From NCBI GenBank assembly GCA_963752475.1, contig CAVVYR010000014.1, positions 98,721-162,720 on the forward strand: a DNA stretch of 64,000 bases, in the 5' to 3' direction. Source of the DNA: an uncultured Chloroflexia bacterium. GTDB taxonomy: Bacteria > Chloroflexota > Limnocylindria > Limnocylindrales > CSP1-4. Every line of letters starts with the position of its first letter. Positions within the stretch are counted from its first letter, which is position 1. The position numbers were made by a program, and so were the translations under genes. The notes under the pieces are model-generated. The model saw only the letters and a program-made list of their open reading frames with translations, made no database searches and had not been told where the DNA came from. Shown here one piece after another: positions 11,554 to 20,705 of this stretch.

Positions 11554-12477
11554 CTACATGCCCTGGCCGCGGAGCCACTCGCGGTTACGGGTGTGCAGCG
11601 CCAGCAGCGCCTCGGGCGTGTCCTCGTCCTTCACGAAACGGTCCTGTTCGACCGTGACCCAGCCGTCGTAGTCGCGCGCGATGAGCGCCTCGAGGAATGG
11701 CTCGAGTCCCGCGGTGCCAGTGCCGAGCTCGCAGAACACACCACGGTCCCAGGCTTCGGTCATGCCGCCACCGGAGCGACAGACCTCCGCCAGTAGGTCG
11801 AGGTCGCAGTCCTTGATGTGCACCAGGCGTACGCCATGGCCGTAGCTCTCGAGAAGCTCCAGTGGATCGGCACCGCCGAAGAGCGCGTGTCCGGTGTCGA
11901 GGCACATCCCCACCAGTCCAAGATCGAGGGCATCGAAGACGCGGTGGATCTCCGCGCCGCTCTCGCAGTAGCTGCCGGCGTGGAAGTGCAGCACCGGGTC
12001 GAAACCCCGACCGCGTGCCAGCTCGGCAGCCCGACCGATATTGTCGATGAAGGCGTCGAACCGCTCCGGAGGCAGCGTGGCTTCGGGATGAGCGTCGATC
12101 TGGCCGGCCCAGCGCATCCGCTCCGGCTCGACCGAGGCATCGGCCAGGACGGCCTTGGGCATGACCGCATCGGGACGGCCGGCTTCGAGCAGGTCGAGTA
12201 CACCGCCCATCCAATCGAGGTCCTCCTCGATGTGCTCGGTGCGGCTGAAGCGGAGCGGCAGGAACGAGCCCACCATCGACAGGCCACGGGACGAGAGCCG
12301 TTCCTTCATCAGCAGCGCCTCGCCGAAGAAGCCCGGTGGTCCCAGCTCCGTCCCGTCATAGCCGGCGGCAGCCATCTGATCGAGCATCTGCTCGGGTCCC
12401 AGCTGCCGCGGGTCGTCGCCGGTCTGCTCGAACACACCCCACGAGACGGGTGCGGCCGCTACACGGATCTCGCCCAT
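11554..12477 (-). CDS. iolE: myo-inosose-2 dehydratase-like TIM-barrel protein (IolE-like)
   Basis: APVSWG, GTELG, HFH, LDTGH, HIKD, VEQD; follows iolD; start reassigned to the ATG after SD GGAGGGGAG. Confidence 0.72.
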   Translation of the reverse strand: MGEIRVAAAPVSWGVFEQTGDDPRQLGPEQMLDQMAAAGYDGTELGPPGFFGEALLMKERLSSRGLSMVGSFLPLRFSRTEHIEEDLDWMGGVLDLLEAGRPDAVMPKAVLADASVEPERMRWAGQIDAHPEATLPPERFDAFIDNIGRAAELARGRGFDPVLHFHAGSYCESGAEIHRVFDALDLGLVGMCLDTGHALFGGADPLELLESYGHGVRLVHIKDCDLDLLAEVCRSGGGMTEAWDRGVFCELGTGTAGLEPFLEALIARDYDGWVTVEQDRFVKDEDTPEALLALHTRNREWLRGQGM

Positions 12478-12487
12478 GACTCCCCTC

Positions 12488-14356
12488 CTAAACGAACGAG
12501 CGCTCCTGGCGCAGGTCTTCCTCGTACTGTTCGCGTGCTGCTCGCACCCCCTCCGAGGTGGACACCTCGGCCACCGGCACATCCCACCAGCTGTCGTAGG
12601 CAGGCACGCCGGGCTCGGGGTTCGTCTCGACCACGACGACCGAAGGCCTGTCGGTGACCGCCCGCGCATCTCGCAGCGCACGCTCCAGCTCCTCTGGCGT
12701 ACCGGCCTCGAAGACGGCCGCACCCAGGCTGGCGGCGTTGGCTGCGAAGTCGACCGGCAGCACCTCGCCACTGAACGTGCCGCTCTCGGGATCGCGAGCC
12801 CGGAAATCGTTGAACGGATTGTCCGCGCCGCACGCGCCCGAGAGGTTGCGGATGCAACGGAACCCGTGGTTGTCAAGGAGCACGATGGTGAGGGCGATAC
12901 CCTCCTGCCGCGCCGTGAGGATCTCGTTGGCCAGCATCAGGTACGAGCCATCACCGACCATCACATGGACTCGCCGATCGGGCTCGGCCATGGCCACCCC
13001 CACCCCGCCGGCGATCTCGTAGCCCATCGTCGAGTTGCCGTACTCCATGTGGTAGCTGCCCGGTGTCGACGGGCGCCAGAGCTTGTGCATATCACCGGGC
13101 AGCCCGCCCGCGGCGCAGACGACGACGCCGTCACCAAGCTGCTCGTTGACCAGCCGGATGGCCTCGGGCTGCGAGACGTGCGTCTCCGCGGCGAGGTGCA
13201 GCACACGATCGGCCTCCGCCTGCCACTCCGTGCGCAGACGAGCCACGCGTTCACGCTGCTCGGCAGGAGCTCCGCCCCAGCCGCGGGCGTCGAGTGCCGC
13301 GTGCAGCTCGAGCAGCGCCACGCGGGCATCACCGACCAGCGGCAGCGCCGCAGCCTTGGCGGCGTCGAGCTCGGTCACGTTGATGGCCACGAACCGAACA
13401 TCCGGATGCTGCCAGGCCGACCAGCTCATGGTCGGGAAGTCGGAGAGTCGAGTGCCGATGGCGATGACCATATCGGCGTCGTGTGCCACGGCGTTGCCGG
13501 CGCTGGTACCGGTGGAGCCGATGGCGCCCATGTTCAGAGGATGGTCCCAAGGCAGCGCGCCCTTTCCGGCCTGGGTCTCGGTGAAGGGCACATCGAATCG
13601 ACTCACGAAGCCGTCGAGGGCATCGGCAGCATCGCTGTAGACCACTCCGCCGCCGACGACGATCATCGGCCGCTGCGCCTGCACGATGAGATCGGCCGCA
13701 GCAGCCAGCGAGGAGGTATCGGGACGGGTCCGTGGGATGACCCACGTCCGCGGCTCCAAGAGGCCCTCGGGCCACTCGTGTGCCTCCGCCTGGACGTCTT
13801 GGGGCAGGGCCAACGTCACCGCGCCGGTCTCGGCCGGTGACGTCAGCACGCGCATGGCCTGAGGCAGGGCGTCGATGAGCATCTCCGGACGCTCGATGCG
13901 ATCGAAGTAGCGCGAGACCGGGCGGAGGACATCGTTGGCGCTGACATCACCCGCGAGCGGGTGCTCCAGCTGCTGCAGCACCGGTTTCACCCGCCGGGTG
14001 GCGAAGCGATCGCCGGGCAGGAGCAGCACGGGCAGGCGGTTGACCGTGGCGTTGGCGGCGCCGGTGACCATGTTCGTCGCACCCGGCCCGATGGACGAGG
14101 TGCAGGCGAACGTGCCCAGGCGCCGAGACTGCTTGGCGAACGCCGCCGCCGTGTGCACCATGGCCTGCTCGTTGCGGGCCTGGTAGTAGCGCACGTCGTC
14201 CTGGGCAGCCTCGAGGGCCTCGCCGATGCCGGCCACGATGCCATGGCCGAAGATGCCGAAGACGCCTTCGAAGAAGCGTCGGCGCTCGCCATCGCGCTCG
14301 ACGTACTGGTTGGCCAGCCAGGCCACGAGGGCCTGGGCGACGGTGACTCGGGGCAT
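12488..14356 (-). CDS. iolD: 3D-(3,5/4)-trihydroxycyclohexane-1,2-dione acylhydrolase (TPP-dependent)
   Basis: 'TVAQALV..L.NQY', 'GIFGHG', 'ARNEQAM', 'TSSIGPG', 'YHMEYG.STMGYEIAG', GDGSY TPP motif, 'SWWDVPVAEVS'. Confidence 0.96.
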   Translation of the reverse strand: MPRVTVAQALVAWLANQYVERDGERRRFFEGVFGIFGHGIVAGIGEALEAAQDDVRYYQARNEQAMVHTAAAFAKQSRRLGTFACTSSIGPGATNMVTGAANATVNRLPVLLLPGDRFATRRVKPVLQQLEHPLAGDVSANDVLRPVSRYFDRIERPEMLIDALPQAMRVLTSPAETGAVTLALPQDVQAEAHEWPEGLLEPRTWVIPRTRPDTSSLAAAADLIVQAQRPMIVVGGGVVYSDAADALDGFVSRFDVPFTETQAGKGALPWDHPLNMGAIGSTGTSAGNAVAHDADMVIAIGTRLSDFPTMSWSAWQHPDVRFVAINVTELDAAKAAALPLVGDARVALLELHAALDARGWGGAPAEQRERVARLRTEWQAEADRVLHLAAETHVSQPEAIRLVNEQLGDGVVVCAAGGLPGDMHKLWRPSTPGSYHMEYGNSTMGYEIAGGVGVAMAEPDRRVHVMVGDGSYLMLANEILTARQEGIALTIVLLDNHGFRCIRNLSGACGADNPFNDFRARDPESGTFSGEVLPVDFAANAASLGAAVFEAGTPEELERALRDARAVTDRPSVVVVETNPEPGVPAYDSWWDVPVAEVSTSEGVRAAREQYEEDLRQERSFV

Positions 14357-14388
14357 GTCGCTACCTCCTCCTCGACGTCGCCCGGCGT

Positions 14389-15495
14389 CTACGCCTTGAC
14401 GTCCGGGTTCGGGACCAGCAGGTCGTCGATCGTGCCCACCAGCTCCCAGTACGAAGCGAGGAAGCCACGCAGCGTGCGCTGGGTGGCGCCGTACGTGGCG
14501 AACTCGTCGATGGACAGACCGTCGGGCTCGTAGGCCTTGACGAACTCGGGGCACCGTTCGAGCAGCTCCTCGAGGTAGGCCTGGGGCACCGGGTCGCTCC
14601 AGCGGTCCCTGACCTCCACCGCGGAGTCGTTGAACAACCGCTGCCAGCCGTAGGGGATGGTCATCGAGACGTTGCCGCCGATGAGCTCGGACCAATGGAG
14701 GTGGTGGCGATAGGCCGCGGCCAGCAGGCGCGTGCGGTAGCCACGCTCCTCGAAGATGGCGGCGGCGCGCTTGAAGACGGCCACGCCGGCCCAGTCCGCG
14801 GCGCCTGGTGTCAGCGTCACGCCCTCGCGCGCCGCCCAGGCCTTGACCCAGTCATCGGTGCGGCCGATCATGATCGTGGCTACCGGCGCCATCCACGACG
14901 TGTCATGCCCGGCGGCTTCGCGCTTGGCCAGCGCCCGCTCCATGGCCTCGCCCACCGCGAGTGCCTGGGGCACGGTGAATGAGACCGTGGCGTTGATGTT
15001 GAGGCCATCCTCGGCCACCGCCTCCATGGCCTCGATGCCGGCCCTGACCGCGGGGAACTTGATCTGGACGTTGGGCGCGAGCGTCTCGAAGTGGCGCGCC
15101 TGCTCGATCATCCGCTCGGGCGAGCGGTTGAGGCTGGGGTCGATCTGGATCGAGAGCCGGCCCTTCTGGCCGTGGCTGGCCTCGTAGATGGGCTCGAGCA
15201 TCTTCCAGCCGCGCACGGCCATCTCCTCGATCACCTGCCACGTGATCTGCACGTCGCTCCAGGTCGGGTTGGCGGCCGCGATCTCCCGCACTCGCGGCGC
15301 CCACGTCTCGTACTCCTGCTGCATCACCGTGCCCACGATCGTGGGGTTGGTGGTGGCCCCCACCGCACCGTTCTCGATGGCGTAGCGCAGTTCGCTCTCG
15401 TTGCACGAGTCGTTCCAGTACTCGGTCGGGAACTCACTCGCGGTGCGCTCGAGCGGGCTGGCATCGCCGGTCGTCGGGATAGGGGTCTGGGTCAT
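14389..15495 (-). CDS. transaldolase/FSA-family class I aldolase, atypical
   Basis: WNDS, ATTNPT, Schiff-base Lys in IKFPA, NATVSF; Gln in 'SIQIDP' and 'IMIGR' deviate from the transaldolase consensus. Confidence 0.8.
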   Translation of the reverse strand: MTQTPIPTTGDASPLERTASEFPTEYWNDSCNESELRYAIENGAVGATTNPTIVGTVMQQEYETWAPRVREIAAANPTWSDVQITWQVIEEMAVRGWKMLEPIYEASHGQKGRLSIQIDPSLNRSPERMIEQARHFETLAPNVQIKFPAVRAGIEAMEAVAEDGLNINATVSFTVPQALAVGEAMERALAKREAAGHDTSWMAPVATIMIGRTDDWVKAWAAREGVTLTPGAADWAGVAVFKRAAAIFEERGYRTRLLAAAYRHHLHWSELIGGNVSMTIPYGWQRLFNDSAVEVRDRWSDPVPQAYLEELLERCPEFVKAYEPDGLSIDEFATYGATQRTLRGFLASYWELVGTIDDLLVPNPDVKA

Positions 15496-15518
15496 GGATC
15501 GGCTCCTGTGTCTTGGCC

Positions 15519-16355
15519 CTACTCGGGCAGGTTCGGGTCCCAGTTCATCAACCAGGCGTGGTCTGGATCGACGGTGAAATGCCAGGCCCGGTTGGGACCG
15601 GCCATCACGTTCAGGTAGTAGGCGTCGTACCCGGCCGGTGCTCCGAAGGGGTGGTAGCCGCGAGGGATGAGCAACACGTCCCGGTCAGCGGGGGCGTACG
15701 ACTCGTCGAGCGAGCGGTCGGGTGTGTAGACGCGAGCGAAGCCCCAGCCCTCAGGGCGCCGGAAGCGGTAGTAGTACAGCTCCTCGAGATAGGCCTCGGT
15801 CGGGGGGTCCTCCGTGTCGTGCTTGTGGGGCGGATAGCTGGACCAGTTCCCACCCGGGGTGAAGACCTCGAAGAGGATCAATCGCCCGGCCTCGACGGTC
15901 GGCGGCAGCAGGTGATGGATCGTTCGTCGGGTGATGCCCTCTCCTCGGGTCTCCACGTGGATGTCCGCGGGCTCGAACAACTGCGTGCGCCTGTGCTCGG
16001 CGGCGGGAGCCTCCGCGACGATGACGGTGGACTCATCCTCGGCGACGACCTCCAGATCGAGATCTGGCTCCAGCAGGAGCACCGGTGGGGCCGCGCCGTC
16101 GAAGACCGTGGCCCGACTCCCGAGCGACATCCATCGCTGGGATCCAGCGCGCACGCTGATGCTGCCTTCGAGCGCGACCACGACGCGTTCGCGCTCCTCG
16201 GCGGGGCGTGCGACCGACTGGCCGGCCCGCAGGCGGTGCTCGGCGAAGCCCACGTAGCGCCAGCCGGCCGACTCCGGTGTGATGTCGTGGATCGTGCCCG
16301 TCCGCGCGGCTGCACGGCGAAGCAGCGCGTGCGACCCGACGCTGACGTTCGACAT
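15519..16355 (-). CDS. iolB: 5-deoxy-glucuronate isomerase
   Basis: 'ITPESAGWRYVGF', 'GNWSSYPPHKHD', 'LEELYYY', 'PRGYHP', 'YYLNVMAGP'. Confidence 0.96.
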   Translation of the reverse strand: MSNVSVGSHALLRRAAARTGTIHDITPESAGWRYVGFAEHRLRAGQSVARPAEERERVVVALEGSISVRAGSQRWMSLGSRATVFDGAAPPVLLLEPDLDLEVVAEDESTVIVAEAPAAEHRRTQLFEPADIHVETRGEGITRRTIHHLLPPTVEAGRLILFEVFTPGGNWSSYPPHKHDTEDPPTEAYLEELYYYRFRRPEGWGFARVYTPDRSLDESYAPADRDVLLIPRGYHPFGAPAGYDAYYLNVMAGPNRAWHFTVDPDHAWLMNWDPNLPE

Positions 16356-16431
16356 GCGCCCACTCCTCCCGTGCTCCGGACAGGCCCGCGCTCGCTCGCG
16401 CAACGGACGAGTGGACGAACGCTCGGCCCGC

Positions 16432-16463
16432 TACCATCATACGCGCTGACGTAAACGTTTACA
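16432..16463. promoter_or_regulatory. divergent promoters with LacI-family operator
   Basis: Perfect palindrome GTAAACGTTTAC (16451-16462) with central CG; overlapping -10 boxes TACCAT (+, 16432-16437) and TATGAT (-, 16436-16441) between iolB and lacI. Confidence 0.75.
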
Positions 16464-16556
16464 CGTCGTCAGTGGGGAGCGCCCATCGACGTTGCACCGC
16501 CATCCACGATCAGGCCGAGACGCGCCAGACGACGCATCGCCAAGGCAGGAACCACG

Positions 16557-17624
16557 ATGCCCGACCACAACGAAGCCACCAAGCCAGCGACCATCCGTGA
16601 GGTCGCCGCGCGGGCCGGCGTTTCCACCGCTACCGTCAGCCGTTCACTGCGTGGTGGTGCGGGTGTGGAGCCGGCGACGCGCAAGAAGGTAGAGGAGGCG
16701 GCCCACGAGCTGCGGTACCGCCCGTCCGGCGTGGCTCGTTCGCTGAAGCTGCGCGCCACCAGCACCGTCGGTCTCATCGTGACCGACATCGAGAACCCCT
16801 ACTTCCCGCAGATCGTGAGCGCGGTCGAGGATGCCGCGCGCGACCGTGGCTACACGGTCCTGCTGGCCGATGGGCGACGCGACCCGGAGCGCGAGCTCGA
16901 GTCGCTCGACATCCTCGCGGAGCGTGAGGTCGACGGCATGATCATCGCCAGCACCGCTGTCACGCAACGACACCGCGAGCGCATCCACGAGCTTCACTGC
17001 CCAGCCGTCATCGCCAACAGCGAGTCGACCGTGCCGGGTGTGCCGGCCGTGATGTCGGACAACGTCATGGGCGGCCGCATCGCCGCCGAGCACGTCCTCG
17101 ACCTGGGGCATCGGAAGCTCGTCTTCGTCGGCGATGATGATGACCACAACAGCGCGGTACAGGCGCGCATCGATGGCGCCCGGGCCGCGGTCGCCGAACG
17201 GGACGGTGCCGCATTCCGCTCGGTCGCCACGGTCGGTATCGGTGACGCCGCCGTCGAGGGTGGCATCCGCGCGGCCAGGCGTCTGGTCGACGGTTCGTTC
17301 GAGGAGACGGCCGTGCTCTGTCGCAACGACCTCACGGCCATCGGCGTCATGCGCGGACTGCTCACGGCCGGACTTCGCATCCCCGACGACATCAGCGTGG
17401 TCGGCTACGACGACATCGAACTCGCCGCCTACGTCGACCCCTCGCTCACCACCGTCCGGCAGTCGACCGAGGAGATGGCCCGTCTGGCGGTGGCGACGTT
17501 GTTCGAGCGCCTGGGTCAGGGACGGGAGGCCGCCGACGAGCATCCCGATGCGCCACCCGGTGAGACGACGCGCGTGCCGGTGGAACTGGTGACGCGCGCC
17601 TCGAGCGGCCCCGCTCCTCGCTGA
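16557..17624 (+). CDS. LacI-family transcriptional regulator (probable iol repressor)
   Basis: HTH 'TIREVAARAGVSTATVSRSL', hinge 'ARSL', 'IPDDISVVGYDD', 'PSLTTVRQ'. Confidence 0.95.
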   Translation: MPDHNEATKPATIREVAARAGVSTATVSRSLRGGAGVEPATRKKVEEAAHELRYRPSGVARSLKLRATSTVGLIVTDIENPYFPQIVSAVEDAARDRGYTVLLADGRRDPERELESLDILAEREVDGMIIASTAVTQRHRERIHELHCPAVIANSESTVPGVPAVMSDNVMGGRIAAEHVLDLGHRKLVFVGDDDDHNSAVQARIDGARAAVAERDGAAFRSVATVGIGDAAVEGGIRAARRLVDGSFEETAVLCRNDLTAIGVMRGLLTAGLRIPDDISVVGYDDIELAAYVDPSLTTVRQSTEEMARLAVATLFERLGQGREAADEHPDAPPGETTRVPVELVTRASSGPAPR

Positions 17625-17667
17625 TCCTCCTGGCGGGACGAGCCGGCGACGCAGTCGTCCGAAGCCG

Positions 17668-17703
17668 TAAGATGCGTGTTTGCGAGGTGGTAGCGACTCG
17701 CTA
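17668..17703 (+). promoter_or_regulatory. possible internal promoter and palindrome upstream of iolG
   Basis: TAAGAT at 17668-17673, inverted repeat TAGCGA-C-TCGCTA, then SD AGGAGGAGG. Confidence 0.35.
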
Positions 17704-17730
17704 TCGACATAGGAGGAGGTCTCCGAGCAG

Positions 17731-18729
17731 ATGAGGATCGCCATGTTCGGAGCGGGGCGTATCGCGCCGCTGCACGCCCGAACACTCAAGGCATCGCCGG
17801 ACGTGTCCACCATCTCCATCACCGACGCCGTGCCGGAACGCGCCGCAGCGGCCGCCTCCGATCTGGGACTCGAGCATGTGGCTTCGGCGGACGAGGCCCT
17901 GGCCGCCGCCGACGCTGTCGTCGTCGTCGCCGCTACGAACGCCCACGCCGAGCTCATCCGAGCGGCGCTCGCGCGCGACCTCCCGACCTTCTGCGAGAAA
18001 CCGCTGGCACCCTCGCTCGGGGAGTCGGCCACCCTGGCCGCGGAGATCGAGGCCGCCAAGGCTTCGGTGCAGGTCGGTTTCCAGCGACGCTTCGACCCGG
18101 CCTACGTCGAGGCCCGTCGACTGATCGAGTCCGGAGAGCTCGGCGACGTCTACACCATCAGCATGCGCAGCCATGACCCCGAGCCCGCATCGGAAGAGTT
18201 CATCGCGTCGTCCGGCGGCATGTTCAGCGACCTCTCCATCCACGACCTCGATGTGCTCCGGTTCCTCAGCGGGCGGGAGGCGACGGAGGTCTACTGTGTC
18301 GGTAGCGCCAAGGGCTTTCCGCAGTACGCGAAGTACGACGACTTCGCCAACGCAGTCGCGCTCATCACGCTCGATGACGGCACACCCGTCACGCTCACCT
18401 GGACGCGCCACGATCCCTTGGGCCATGACGTCCGCGCCGAGGTCTTCGGCTCACGCGACAGCGTCGCGGTCGGCCTGGGCCCGAGGATGCCGCTGCGTTC
18501 GGTAGAACCAGGCGTCCCGCCGCCCGAGGGTCCGCCCTGGACGATCTTCCTCGACCGCTGGGATGACGCCTATCGCGATGAGCTCCTCGCCTTCGTCGAC
18601 ATGGCCGCCGGTCGACTCGAGAACCCCTGCACCGCCAACGACGGCGTCGAAGCGCTGCGCCTGGCCGAAGCACTGACGGTGTCAGCCCGGGAACGCCGGA
18701 TCGTGCGCATGTCCGAGGTCCCCGCATGA
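17731..18729 (+). CDS. iolG: Gfo/Idh/MocA oxidoreductase, inositol 2-dehydrogenase-like
   Basis: GAGRIA Rossmann, CEKP, 'GFQRRFDP', 'SGGMFSDLSIHDLD'; iol context. Confidence 0.82.
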   Translation: MRIAMFGAGRIAPLHARTLKASPDVSTISITDAVPERAAAAASDLGLEHVASADEALAAADAVVVVAATNAHAELIRAALARDLPTFCEKPLAPSLGESATLAAEIEAAKASVQVGFQRRFDPAYVEARRLIESGELGDVYTISMRSHDPEPASEEFIASSGGMFSDLSIHDLDVLRFLSGREATEVYCVGSAKGFPQYAKYDDFANAVALITLDDGTPVTLTWTRHDPLGHDVRAEVFGSRDSVAVGLGPRMPLRSVEPGVPPPEGPPWTIFLDRWDDAYRDELLAFVDMAAGRLENPCTANDGVEALRLAEALTVSARERRIVRMSEVPA

Positions 18730-19520
18730 GCGACGCGACGACGACCGGCACACCGGTCATCGAAGCGCGCAACATCTCCAAGCACTTCGGGCATGTCAAC
18801 GCCCTCGTGGGCGTCGACCTCACCCTGGCCCGGGGCGAGGTGCTCGGCGTCGTCGGCGATAACGGCGCCGGCAAGTCCACCCTTATGAAGATCCTCTCCG
18901 GCGTCCACCCCGCCAGCAGCGGCGAACTGCTCGTCGACGGGCAGGTGGTGCACTTCGCCAACCCCGGCGATGCGCGCCGCATCGGCATCGAGATGGTCTA
19001 CCAGGACCTCGCCCTCGCAGGCAACCTGCGCATCGACGAGAACATCTTCCTGGGCCGCGAGCAGACGCGGAAGATCGGCCCCATCTCGCTCGTGGACCAC
19101 CAGGCCAACCAGGCCCGAGCCATGGAGCACCTCGACAACCTCAGGATCCGTGTCAAGAGCGTCGGTCAGCGGGTCGAGGAGCTCTCCGGTGGTCAGCGCC
19201 AGGCCGTGGCCGTCGCGCGAGCGACCGCCTTCGATGCCAAGGTCGTGATCATGGACGAGCCCACCGCTGCGCTCGCGGTCAAGGAGGTGGCCAAGGTCCT
19301 CGATCTCATCAAGGGCCTGCGCGACAAGGGCATCGCGGTGATCCTCATCAGCCATCGTCTGGACGACATCTTCTACGTCTGCGACCGCGTGATGGCGCTC
19401 TACCACGGTCGCAACTTCGCCGACGGCGCGCTCGAGGGCATCGAACGCAACGAGGTCGTGGGCTGGATCATGGGCAACAAGGACGGCGCCGGCACCGAAG
19501 CCGCAGTCGACCACAACTAG
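18726..19520 (+). CDS. sugar ABC transporter ATP-binding protein (single domain)
   Basis: GDNGAGKST, 'VYQDLAL', LSGGQRQ, MDEPTAAL, ISH. Confidence 0.93.
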   Translation: MSDATTTGTPVIEARNISKHFGHVNALVGVDLTLARGEVLGVVGDNGAGKSTLMKILSGVHPASSGELLVDGQVVHFANPGDARRIGIEMVYQDLALAGNLRIDENIFLGREQTRKIGPISLVDHQANQARAMEHLDNLRIRVKSVGQRVEELSGGQRQAVAVARATAFDAKVVIMDEPTAALAVKEVAKVLDLIKGLRDKGIAVILISHRLDDIFYVCDRVMALYHGRNFADGALEGIERNEVVGWIMGNKDGAGTEAAVDHN

Positions 19521-19529
19521 GGCCGCGAG

Positions 19530-20549
19530 ATGTCAGAAGCCACGACCCCTGTCACCGACGCCGAAGAGACCTATCTGGACGAACCCACCACGCTGGTCCG
19601 GATCATGGGCTGGGTCGACCGTTGGGGCGCCCTGTTCCTGGTACTCGTGATGGTGGTGCTGTCGTTCATCGCCCAGCCAGACGTCTTCCTGACCGAGCGC
19701 AACGTCGGCAACATCTTCCGCCAGAACAGCTTCTACGCGATGCTTGCGCTGGGGCAGTTCATCGTCATCGTGACCGCCGGCATCGACCTGTCGGTCGGCT
19801 CGACGATGGCCTTGGCCGCGATGACCGCGGCTGTCCTCGCGGACGCGGAGATCTTCTGGCCGCTGGTGTTCCTGGCACCGTTCATCGTCGGTCTCGCCGT
19901 CGGCACCATCAACGGCCTGGGCTTGACCAGGCTGCACATGCCCCACCCCTTCATCATGACCCTGGGCATGCTCTTCATCGTGAGAGGCATCACCAACCTC
20001 ATATCAGGTGGTGTGCCTATCAGCGGCCTCCCCGACGAGGTCCGTTTCCTGGGCGCCAACAACATCCCCGGTACGCTCATCCCGGTCAGCCTCATCGTGG
20101 TGGTGGTGACGTACTTCGTGGTCTGGCTCTTCCTCAACCACGGCCGCCAGGGCCGCCACATCTTCGCCATCGGCGGCAATCCGCAGGCGGCCAAGGTCAG
20201 TGGCGTGCCGGTGGAGCGGACGCTGGTGCTGGCGTACGCGCTCTGCGGGCTGCTCGCGGGCTTTGCCGGCCTGCTCCTTGCCGGCCGCACCAACTCAGGC
20301 TTCCCTGCAGCCGGCACCGGCGACGAGCTCTACGCCATCGCCGCGGTCATCATCGGCGGCGCCAGCTTCTTCGGTGGCCGTGGCACCGTACTGGGCGTCT
20401 TCGCCGGCGTGCTCGTCATCGGCATGCTGCGGAACCTGCTCAACCTGTCCGGCATCCCGTCGTTCTGGCAGCAGGTCGCCATCGGCGTCGTGATCATCGG
20501 CGTCGTCGCCTTCGATGTCTTCCGTCGACGTGTCGCCGCTTCGGCTTGA
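19530..20549 (+). CDS. sugar ABC transporter permease (RbsC family)
   Basis: 'GIDLSVGS', 'PFIMTLG', 'AIGGNPQAAKVSG', 'AIAAVIIGGAS..GGRG'. Confidence 0.93.
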   Translation: MSEATTPVTDAEETYLDEPTTLVRIMGWVDRWGALFLVLVMVVLSFIAQPDVFLTERNVGNIFRQNSFYAMLALGQFIVIVTAGIDLSVGSTMALAAMTAAVLADAEIFWPLVFLAPFIVGLAVGTINGLGLTRLHMPHPFIMTLGMLFIVRGITNLISGGVPISGLPDEVRFLGANNIPGTLIPVSLIVVVVTYFVVWLFLNHGRQGRHIFAIGGNPQAAKVSGVPVERTLVLAYALCGLLAGFAGLLLAGRTNSGFPAAGTGDELYAIAAVIIGGASFFGGRGTVLGVFAGVLVIGMLRNLLNLSGIPSFWQQVAIGVVIIGVVAFDVFRRRVAASA

Positions 20550-20705
20550 CAGTGCCCCGCCTTGGGCGGAGCGTATGTCGGGACCGACGCCAGCCAAGAA
20601 GGAGGTAGCCATCCGAGGTCAGGTCTGATCGTTCGTAGGAGGTGTGTACGGTGCTCCCCTGGGCAAGCCATGCCCGCACCGTCAGACGCAACTGGAGGAG
20701 GAACC

